A DNA stretch of 64,000 nt from IMG/VR virus record IMGVR_UViG_3300025536_000011; one strand, 5' to 3'. A program made the translations under genes and the position numbers. The notes below the pieces were generated by a model. It was not told the origin of the DNA. It worked only from the letters and a program-made list of their open reading frames with translations, and made no database searches. How positions within the stretch are numbered: the stretch's first letter is position 1; each line of letters begins with the position of its first letter. Source of the stretch: a virus. Positions 27,058 through 33,884 of this stretch are shown here, piece after piece.

Positions 27058-27276
27058 TCAACCTTTCTGCTTTGGCGTAGCCAAAGCAAGCGAATTATAG
27101 CCATTTAAAACATATTCTTCTGTCCATGTTGCTCCGCAACATGTGCAACTACAGTCACGACAAATTACTTCATCGAAAGTTTCTGCTGCATCGGCGTCGA
27201 TGCAGTCTTTCTTTTTACAGGAAGGACAAGTAAAGCCGCGTAAAGCGGCATATTCGCTGTCACTTAAAGGACGCAT
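27058..27276 (-). CDS. zinc-ribbon protein
   Basis: CPSC..CSCTCCG.TW.E.Y. Confidence 0.65.
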   Translation of the reverse strand: MRPLSDSEYAALRGFTCPSCKKKDCIDADAAETFDEVICRDCSCTCCGATWTEEYVLNGYNSLALATPKQKG

Positions 27277-27281
27277 TATTT

Positions 27282-27476
27282 TTAATGTCCCTGCTGTTCA
27301 TGATTAAAGTCTGACAGCATACAAATAAAATCTGTCATATCTTTCTCTGGAATAACCATAGCTAGGCTATTTTCATCCTCGTCTAAAATATGGAACTCGC
27401 GTTCATTTTCGTGAAATTCAATGCAGTAAGTACAATCATTACTAAACGTAAATACGACTCTATTTTGGATTTTCAT
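27282..27476 (-). CDS. hypothetical protein
   Basis: GGA-triloop RBS hairpin upstream. Confidence 0.6.
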   Translation of the reverse strand: MKIQNRVVFTFSNDCTYCIEFHENEREFHILDEDENSLAMVIPEKDMTDFICMLSDFNHEQQGH

Positions 27477-27490
27477 GTTGCCTCCGGCAA

Positions 27491-27766
27491 CTAAAATGGC
27501 TCATCATCCCAATCTTCTGGATAATAAGAAGGATCATAAATTAAATCTTCGCTATCAAAATATGGATCTTCATAATCATAATCATCATAATCATCATAGC
27601 TATCTTCATTAGAGATAGCCTCTTCCTCCCACTCACAAATACTGTCCAGAATTTGCGTTAGAGGTAATGACGGGTTTCCGTCAGTATAATCAGCAATCAA
27701 ATATAACATACTGGCATCAGTGATGCCATAGTCAGTTTGGATTTGTCGAATTCTATGAATTAGCAT
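27491..27766 (-). CDS. small protein with highly acidic C-terminal tail
   Basis: D/E/Y-rich tail; N-terminus similar to 27753-27923. Confidence 0.6.
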   Translation of the reverse strand: MLIHRIRQIQTDYGITDASMLYLIADYTDGNPSLPLTQILDSICEWEEEAISNEDSYDDYDDYDYEDPYFDSEDLIYDPSYYPEDWDDEPF

Positions 27767-27923
27767 CTTCGGAATCCTCCTCAGATTTTACAGCAACATC
27801 CAGCACTTGATTAAACTCTTGGACCAATCCCTTGAATTCTAAGAATTCACAGAAAGTAGCAATAATAGTGGCATCGTCAATATCGAAACTCTCTTGAATT
27901 TCACGAATGCGTGCCCAAAGCAT
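27753..27923 (-). CDS. small acidic protein
   Basis: ATG 27923 after GGA-triloop RBS hairpin. Confidence 0.6.
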   Translation of the reverse strand: MLWARIREIQESFDIDDATIIATFCEFLEFKGLVQEFNQVLDVAVKSEEDSEDANS

Positions 27924-28093
27924 TATTTGCCCTCCGGGCAATCCATCCTATCATTATAACCTTGCTGATAAGGGGCTAACATTTTTCGGTCATTATATTC
28001 TTCATACTTAACTCTATCGCCATACTTTTTAATGTATTGCTCAGCGTCACGACGACCGGCCGCATATTGTTCGGCCCATTCTTTGGGTGTCAT
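27923..28093 (-). CDS. hypothetical protein (QYAAG..PYQQGY motif)
   Basis: ATG 28093 after GGA-triloop RBS hairpin. Confidence 0.6.
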   Translation of the reverse strand: MTPKEWAEQYAAGRRDAEQYIKKYGDRVKYEEYNDRKMLAPYQQGYNDRMDCPEGK

Positions 28094-28221
28094 TTGCTTC
28101 TCCGAAGCAATTAATTTTAATGGTCGGGTGACAGGGAATCGGACCCTGATGAATTTCACGGGATTTTATAAGAATCCTGGGCGTCCACCGCCCACTCACC
28201 CGTAGCGATCAAGACACATAT

Positions 28222-28249
28222 AGCTTATCACGGCGTTGCCATGAGTCAA
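28222..28249 (-). promoter_or_regulatory. promoter of the repeated family
   Basis: TTGACT-16-TAAGCT; -35 holds the stop of 28246-28503. Confidence 0.7.
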
Positions 28250-28503
28250 GTAATATTATTTCTAGCCAGCCAGCAATCCAGCATTTGTTCCTCGGCAATT
28301 ATTTCGTTGATAATGTACTGGGAAATAAGAATTTGAATCGCGTGGTCTCGCGGCATATCACAATGGCCACTATCAGACGAATAGCAGAATCGTTCGTTAT
28401 GCCAAAGTTCACACTTTTCAAGATTTGCAAGTTCTTGAATAGAAGTGGCATAGCCAAGACTACGCCCGCCATATTCATTAATGAGACTTAGATGAATTCT
28501 CAT
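28246..28503 (-). CDS. hypothetical protein
   Basis: ORF in run. Confidence 0.55.
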   Translation of the reverse strand: MRIHLSLINEYGGRSLGYATSIQELANLEKCELWHNERFCYSSDSGHCDMPRDHAIQILISQYIINEIIAEEQMLDCWLARNNIT

Positions 28504-28514
28504 TTTATCTAGCT

Positions 28515-28724
28515 CTAGCAGAAAATATCATAATCAATATTCGGCAGCGAATAAAAGTCGCTATTCATTAAATTCTGGATAATGACATAATCTGCACTAG
28601 CACCGATAAGCCGCATACCGTCGCCGGGCTTAATAGTAACCTTTGCTCCCGTTTGGCAGCATAAGCCTTTAACGCGAGCATTAAAATCGAATTCGCAATC
28701 AGGTTCCAGGTCGGAGATTATCAT
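28515..28724 (-). CDS. hypothetical protein
   Basis: ORF in run. Confidence 0.55.
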   Translation of the reverse strand: MIISDLEPDCEFDFNARVKGLCCQTGAKVTIKPGDGMRLIGASADYVIIQNLMNSDFYSLPNIDYDIFC

Positions 28725-28870
28725 ATAATGTTATTCCTAATTTGCTGCTTAAACCGACGACGCAACGCTCTGTTGTGCTTAGCACGATCATATTCAGATT
28801 TACAGCAATTACACTTAATCCCGCCTTTACCGGGGGACCAGTGCGTTTTTTCTTTGCTCATGATGCTTAT

Positions 28871-28899
28871 AACATATCACGGCCTATATGCCGTGTCAA
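28871..28899 (-). promoter_or_regulatory. hairpin-spacer promoter
   Basis: TTGACACGGCATATAGGCCGTGATATGTT. Confidence 0.8.
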
Positions 28900-28962
28900 G
28901 CTAATTAATTGTTCTGCTCCCTTAAACTATCTAATATTGCTCGTCTCTCCTCTTCAACTTTA

Positions 28963-29310
28963 TTATTTGCCCTTCGTATTAAAGTTTACCTTAAATAACA
29001 CGTTTGCTAGTACGCTGATACCAAACATTTGCCAGAAAGTAACCTCGTTGCACCCTACGGCTGGCACTAGGCAAGAATTCCATAGAAAGACTGCTAGAAA
29101 ATTAAACAAGAAGAAGAATAATACAAAAAGCCCCATCCCGACAATAAAAAGAATAAACTTATCCATTTCGCTTTTTAGCCTTTCGTTTAACTGGCGTATG
29201 TGTCGTTTCTTCCGTCCAATTCCACATTGGATAATTTTGCGAGTGCTTGCACTCGTAATAATAGTTTTTAGTAATTGGCGGGCTATTTCGCCGAGTATAA
29301 AAATATTCAT
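28963..29310 (-). CDS. membrane protein (true start probably later)
   Basis: two hydrophobic segments; EVTFWQMFGI. Confidence 0.5.
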   Translation of the reverse strand: MNIFILGEIARQLLKTIITSASTRKIIQCGIGRKKRHIRQLNERLKSEMDKFILFIVGMGLFVLFFFLFNFLAVFLWNSCLVPAVGCNEVTFWQMFGISVLANVLFKVNFNTKGK

Positions 29311-29383
29311 CTATAATATGATAGCCGAAGAAACCAATTGCTACTATAATGACTGTTAAACAATACCACGCATTATCACTCAT
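29159..29383 (-). CDS. small membrane-anchored protein
   Basis: N-terminal hydrophobic helix; ATGA coupling. Confidence 0.45.
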   Translation of the reverse strand: MSDNAWYCLTVIIVAIGFFGYHIIDEYFYTRRNSPPITKNYYYECKHSQNYPMWNWTEETTHTPVKRKAKKRNG

Positions 29384-29586
29384 ACAATCTTATCTCCTAG
29401 CCATAAATGACTGCTGCCACACTTAGTATATGTGAGTTTAACAATATCGCCAACTTTTGCACCGCGAACGCGGTCGAGCCCTGAACAAAGATGGACAATT
29501 TCGCCAGTGCTAGTAACAACGATTTTTTGGTTATTCCACTTATCAATGGCTTCTACGCGACCATATTTAGTATGAGCCTTGCTCAT
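29380..29586 (-). CDS. hypothetical protein
   Basis: coupled ORF. Confidence 0.55.
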   Translation of the reverse strand: MSKAHTKYGRVEAIDKWNNQKIVVTSTGEIVHLCSGLDRVRGAKVGDIVKLTYTKCGSSHLWLGDKIV

Positions 29587-30206
29587 TAGTATGCCTCTCC
29601 ATAAATATACATGTCGCTAAAATCACCTTCGGAAGTCCAATCGACACGGCGATTCCCACATTCGCAGCGACGACTTAACCCGTCCCATCCTTTACAGGGA
29701 CCATCACAATTTTGACCATTAAAACTATGCCACTTTTCATCTTTAGTGGCTGCTGCTTTTAATTCTTCAAATTTGACTTCGCGGGCATCATAGAAGGCTG
29801 ACTCGCTAGTAAAATCTTGTCCAAATTTCTTACCGCGTTCCAGTAGGAACGCGATAGCCTCGTCACGCACTTTAATAGCCGCACTATTAGCATTCTTTGT
29901 TTGTTCTGCGAGTAAGACCTTTTTACGAGCATCTTCAATTCGCCTAGTAAGTTCTTCAAATTCGATACGGTATGGACACCACGGAGCCCCGGCCTTACTT
30001 AAATATCTATATTCTTTGGAAGTATTGCCCCAAATTTCGTTGGCCAGCAATACTAGGCTCTTATACTTGTTCGCCAATTCGTGGCGAACTTGCTTATTAT
30101 GGGCGTTTACGCTCTCGTAAAGCGTCTTTAGATCATTTAATTGCTCAGGAGTGATTTTAAGCAATTCTCCGTCAGAAATATATGGGACACCTTTGTAATT
30201 ACTCAT
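29586..30206 (-). CDS. hypothetical protein with C-terminal Cys cluster
   Basis: CDGPCKGWDGLSRRCECGNRRV; ATG 30206 in a GGA-triloop hairpin. Confidence 0.7.
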   Translation of the reverse strand: MSNYKGVPYISDGELLKITPEQLNDLKTLYESVNAHNKQVRHELANKYKSLVLLANEIWGNTSKEYRYLSKAGAPWCPYRIEFEELTRRIEDARKKVLLAEQTKNANSAAIKVRDEAIAFLLERGKKFGQDFTSESAFYDAREVKFEELKAAATKDEKWHSFNGQNCDGPCKGWDGLSRRCECGNRRVDWTSEGDFSDMYIYGEAY

Positions 30207-30207
30207 T

Positions 30208-30432
30208 TTACTCCGTAAAATTAAAACATCCGTCCACTTCAAGGTCAATTAATGCCTGACGCAGCATATCAGAATCCAAATTCTGTACAAAAGCAACAGA
30301 CGCAGCGATTTGACATGCTTTAGGCAGATGAATTTGATTGCCAATAATTCCAGTGGCTAATTCTAGACCAGGAGCTATTCGCTTAATTTCAGCAAGTAAG
30401 TTTTCACGGGAGTAACGATATTTTTCGCTCAT
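30208..30432 (-). CDS. hypothetical protein, probably leaderless
   Basis: ATG 7 nt after -10. Confidence 0.6.
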   Translation of the reverse strand: MSEKYRYSRENLLAEIKRIAPGLELATGIIGNQIHLPKACQIAASVAFVQNLDSDMLRQALIDLEVDGCFNFTE

Positions 30433-30438
30433 GACCTA

Positions 30439-30467
30439 ACTATATCACGGCGGCGAGCCGCCGTCAA
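30439..30467 (-). promoter_or_regulatory. hairpin-spacer promoter (left member of a divergent pair)
   Basis: TTGACGGCGGCTCGCCGCCGTGATATAGT; stem ACGGCGG/CCGCCGT. Confidence 0.8.
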
Positions 30468-30554
30468 CCTCCTTAAATCCCACAACACGAAACACAAAAT
30501 GTTCATTATGATATTTTCAGAAAATGGCGATTTTCACGCCATGTGGAAATTGGC

Positions 30555-30582
30555 TTGACACGCGGCAAAACCGCGTTATAAT
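30555..30582 (+). promoter_or_regulatory. consensus sigma70 promoter with hairpin spacer (right member of the divergent pair)
   Basis: TTGACACGCGGCAAAACCGCGTTATAAT. Confidence 0.85.
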
Positions 30583-30648
30583 AGCTCATGTTCCTGTAGT
30601 TTAATACATCGGCTCTTAACTGAGTCGCTGAAAACAGCACGTTTTAAA

Positions 30649-31050
30649 GTGAAGATGCAGACGGAGATTCTGCCGGGAACATTTTTGATCGGAGATCAAA
30701 TGAAAATCTTAGATAAGATGGAAACCCTACAATTGCTTTGCAAGAGCAATAAAAAGTGGGGCATGTTTATTTCGTGGGTTGATTCAGGGGGAAATAGGCC
30801 AGTCTTTAGATATGACTTAAAAGACACGCTAGAGACTCCTGTTCCATATCTTTGTTATAAAAATGACGCACAAGCTATTATGGACGGCGAGGCTTATCTA
30901 TTGTTTAATGATGAGTCCGAAATGTGTAATCATTATGATCTAACAGTTGGTGACGATGGACCGACGCAGCTAAACCCATATAATGGACCCTTTAGAGTCT
31001 ATGCTATTACTTGCTCGCCTAAAGGGCAATTGATGAATGAAAACACTTGA
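30649..31050 (+). CDS. hypothetical protein
   Basis: ORF; stop within the next -35. Confidence 0.65.
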   Translation: MKMQTEILPGTFLIGDQMKILDKMETLQLLCKSNKKWGMFISWVDSGGNRPVFRYDLKDTLETPVPYLCYKNDAQAIMDGEAYLLFNDESEMCNHYDLTVGDDGPTQLNPYNGPFRVYAITCSPKGQLMNENT

Positions 31051-31075
31051 CTCACGCCTGACGGCGTGATACAAT
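31047..31075 (+). promoter_or_regulatory. hairpin-spacer promoter
   Basis: TTGACTCACGCCTGACGGCGTGATACAAT; stem TCACGCC/GGCGTGA. Confidence 0.8.
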
Positions 31076-31211
31076 AATAATCCTTCGTAAGAGGTTGAGC
31101 TACGCTGTAAATGCGGGCGATTGCTGCGAAAGCGGCAAACGTAAGACCCGCTGGCGGAGGCCGTTCCATTGGGCCGGGATTCCCCCGGCCCATCTATTAA
31201 CTAAATTATAT

Positions 31212-31339
31212 GCCCGTCAACCTAGTATTAGAATTCTAGGAAGAGACGCGAAAACGGACTTAAGTAGCGTCTTTGTAGCCATCTAGGCCCGGTTCGGGGT
31301 ACAATGGTTTACCCGGTGCAATTCCGGGGGCGGGCTCCA
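31212..31339 (+). ncRNA. 128-nt tRNA-like RNA (acceptor stem, T arm, CCA; expanded central arms)
   Basis: GCCCGTC/GGCGGGC, CCCGG-TGCAATT-CCGGG, TCCA end. Confidence 0.55.
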
Positions 31340-31348
31340 AAATATGAC

Positions 31349-31376
31349 TTGACAGCCTTAAAATAAGTGATATAAA
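31349..31376 (+). promoter_or_regulatory. promoter upstream of tRNA-Leu
   Basis: TTGACA-16-TATAAA with GTGA. Confidence 0.6.
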
Positions 31377-31382
31377 TACAAT

Positions 31383-31469
31383 GGCGGTATGGAGGAATGC
31401 AGACTCGATGCCCTCAAAAGGCATTGCCCTTAATCGGGCGTTCCCGTGCAAGTCGGGATACCGCTACCA
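31383..31469 (+). tRNA. tRNA-Leu(CAA)
   Basis: ATGCC-CTCAAAA-GGCAT, long variable arm, T loop TGCAAGT, encoded CCA. Confidence 0.9.
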
Positions 31470-31493
31470 TTTACCTAAAAATGGCGAAGCCAT

Positions 31494-31721
31494 ATGACTA
31501 TTAAAGAATTCATCGAATATTCCAAGAAATATGGACATTTAGCTCCTGATAAAGAAGCATTATGTTGGGAGCGTGACGTTAAAATATTATGCGGTAATAA
31601 AACTAAACTGCATCATTTTACTGCAACCGAACGTAGCACTATGTTATGGTTCTTAGAATGGGCAGCAGCTTATTGGAGTCTAATAAATCATGACGACGAA
31701 CCATCGGATTGGATACCATGA
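31494..31721 (+). CDS. hypothetical protein
   Basis: ORF in run. Confidence 0.5.
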   Translation: MTIKEFIEYSKKYGHLAPDKEALCWERDVKILCGNKTKLHHFTATERSTMLWFLEWAAAYWSLINHDDEPSDWIP

Positions 31722-32020
31722 AAGAAAGCGAAGCTGAGAAACTTTCCGAACAAATTGCAAAACTTGGTAAATTTGGCGATACCTGTAAATTAGATAAAAG
31801 TCTTTGGATCGACTGGCCCGACGAACATGGATATTATTGGCTGGCTGAAATCAATAATGATGATATTCCGTCACTTGTACTAGTGCATTACTTTTCACAT
31901 GGCGGTGACTTTGAAGTATATGAATTTGAAGCCGAACAGGCAACGCCATCAGAAGCTTATAATCATCCACATTATAGATGGATGGGACCGATCCGCATAC
32001 CAGAAAGGCCGAAGGCATGA
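31718..32020 (+). CDS. hypothetical protein
   Basis: PDEHGYYW..WMGPI..P. Confidence 0.6.
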   Translation: MKESEAEKLSEQIAKLGKFGDTCKLDKSLWIDWPDEHGYYWLAEINNDDIPSLVLVHYFSHGGDFEVYEFEAEQATPSEAYNHPHYRWMGPIRIPERPKA

Positions 32021-32208
32021 ATTATCCATACGGATACGATGCGACCGAACATGACAGATTTACTAAGGATCTTTACGCCAAGTATGGCGTAAGTGATAAT
32101 CCTAAGCGTGATAAAGCATATAGTATTGCCTGGGAAATGGGTCATGCTTACGGCTATTCCGAAGTAGAAAGTCACTTTTCAGATATTGTAGCACTAATAA
32201 AGGATTAA
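32017..32208 (+). CDS. hypothetical protein
   Basis: KRDKAYSIAWEMGHAYGYSEV. Confidence 0.65.
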   Translation: MNYPYGYDATEHDRFTKDLYAKYGVSDNPKRDKAYSIAWEMGHAYGYSEVESHFSDIVALIKD

Positions 32209-32212
32209 TTAA

Positions 32213-32383
32213 ATGCTTCCTTTTAAGGACCGTTGTAGCTTCGCTACAGATACGGAACGAAATGATTGGGATGAGGGTTATGACCATGCTGTTAATGGTG
32301 TAGACTTTGATGACGAATATGCAACTGACGCATATGCGGCAGGATACGATGCCGGTCTATATGATCTACGGGGCGACAAGTAG
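32213..32383 (+). CDS. 56-aa acidic protein absent from the ORF track (WDEGY..AYAAGYDAG)
   Basis: translated by hand; followed by a GC-rich hairpin. Confidence 0.55.
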   Translation: MLPFKDRCSFATDTERNDWDEGYDHAVNGVDFDDEYATDAYAAGYDAGLYDLRGDK

Positions 32384-32433
32384 TCGCCCCGTAAGGATTT
32401 ATCTGTCACTTCACGAAATTTTACGGGTTAGGC

Positions 32434-32461
32434 TTGACAGAAGCCGAACCCGTGTTATAAT
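32434..32461 (+). promoter_or_regulatory. extended -10 sigma70 promoter with -35 enclosed by a hairpin
   Basis: TTGACA-16-TATAAT with TG extension; ACGGGTT-A-GGCTT/AAGCC-G-AACCCGT. Confidence 0.8.
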
Positions 32462-32537
32462 GTTAATTAACTAAGGTCGCTCATCGTGAGCGTCCATGAC
32501 TAAAAGTAGGAAGTAAAAATACCCCATAGGAGATTTT

Positions 32538-32753
32538 ATGAGCAATTCTCGCCTTGTAGGCCATAAGTTCCGCGATCTTCATTCGCTGCGACGAAGCCGA
32601 ATTGTTACTGTTCAGGAAGTTTCAGACACTTTTTACGATCATTATACTTTTGTAAAAGTAACTTCAAATCGTGGACGCACCACACAAATTTCTTACCCTC
32701 GCTTCACAAATAATTCACGTTTCCAGCCTATTAAAACACGAAAGGGCAACTGA
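32538..32753 (+). CDS. small basic protein
   Basis: AGGAG upstream. Confidence 0.6.
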   Translation: MSNSRLVGHKFRDLHSLRRSRIVTVQEVSDTFYDHYTFVKVTSNRGRTTQISYPRFTNNSRFQPIKTRKGN

Positions 32754-32758
32754 TTACC

Positions 32759-32929
32759 ATGTCAGAAATTAATTTCGATGGACTCACACTTGAAAACTTT
32801 AGCGAACGTACAGGGCACCGTTATCGAATGACGAAGGCTCAGAAGAATCGTGGGCTTACACGCGAGGCTGCATTTCAGGAATGGTTGTCTGCCGCAACAG
32901 CGACAGCTAAGACAACACAAGGAGCTTAA
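32759..32929 (+). CDS. 56-aa protein homologous to the C-terminus of 40693-41097
   Basis: LTLENFSERTGHRYRMTKAQKNRGLTREAAF; absent from the ORF track. Confidence 0.6.
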   Translation: MSEINFDGLTLENFSERTGHRYRMTKAQKNRGLTREAAFQEWLSAATATAKTTQGA

Positions 32930-33206
32930 TCATTTGGGGGGCTACGCTCCCCAGAGCTTATTATGCAGCATTTAAAGCCTATCGGCTTGCCTATACGATG
33001 GACTATCAGCATTTTATTTGCTGCATTAGTTATGTTCGGGATAGGCGGAGATATAGTGGCGGTGTTCATTGCTTTCGCCCTCATTAATTGTACTCTTAAA
33101 CATAATTAAAATAGCTATTGCTATAATGGTGATTATATGTATCATAAGATACAAAAATACCGAATGTTAATTAAGAACTCCGTCCTTAGCCGAGAATTAG
33201 TGTCAC

Positions 33207-33545
33207 TTGCAAAATTTTTTCTACTTTTCGGCCTCCCACTCATTATCATCTTTTATTACTGTATACTATAAAACTATGTTTAATCAAGATTTCGTAGAAA
33301 AGGCGTGTTCTGAGCCAGAAGGATGCATTTCTGCTGGTGGACCATATATGAAGCCAGGACGTATTATCCTGGCCGAAGGCTATATACACCCGGTAGGGGC
33401 TGTGCCATTTAAAGAAGTGGCCTGTTCGCATGAGTTGCCACATAGCGGTAATAAGACAGAATTTGTGGCACTTGACGTGCCGCAAGGCATGTCTCTTAAA
33501 CGGTGGCGTTTAGTTATTGAGGAGATTACGGATGAGAATTCTTGA
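33207..33545 (+). CDS. hypothetical protein (start uncertain)
   Basis: ORF. Confidence 0.5.
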   Translation: MQNFFYFSASHSLSSFITVYYKTMFNQDFVEKACSEPEGCISAGGPYMKPGRIILAEGYIHPVGAVPFKEVACSHELPHSGNKTEFVALDVPQGMSLKRWRLVIEEITDENS

Positions 33546-33825
33546 TCAGAATTTTAAAGTTAGCTCATCTAATATGGCTAAATTTTGGGATATTTTAGAC
33601 AAGTACGATGAAGTAGGTGAGTGGGACGCTATTATTGATTTAAATAATGGTAACATTGAAAGCTTAGTGCTTGTTTATGATAGCACAGATCCATACCAAG
33701 CTTTTGCTATGTTTCAAGAGGCTGCTCCGCTCGTATCCAGCGGTAGCCAGATAGAGCTTGATATTAATGGACATATCGAAAAATGGATCTTTGATGGTAC
33801 GACGATTCATAGGATCGGAGTATAA
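33532..33825 (+). CDS. hypothetical protein related to 26650-27048
   Basis: FQEAAPLVSSGSQIEL..WIFDG. Confidence 0.55.
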   Translation: MRILDQNFKVSSSNMAKFWDILDKYDEVGEWDAIIDLNNGNIESLVLVYDSTDPYQAFAMFQEAAPLVSSGSQIELDINGHIEKWIFDGTTIHRIGV

Positions 33826-33884
33826 GGTATATTGATGGTATGGAATGGTTTATAGGGCCATTAGAAGAACCAGAGGAAAAGTAA

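Noticed and set aside
27560-27610. Short ATC/ATA tandem repeats
   Set aside because: They simply encode the Asp/Tyr-rich tail of the 27491-27766 protein.
14606-30467. CRISPR or mini-array interpretation of the recurring TATCAC...GTCAA motif
   Set aside because: Copies are not identical, are irregularly spaced by hundreds of bases and are separated by genes; no cas genes in the window.
31212-31339. tmRNA (one- or two-piece) or tRNA-Sec
   Set aside because: No G3-U70 pair, no tag-reading-frame piece nearby, no UCA anticodon.
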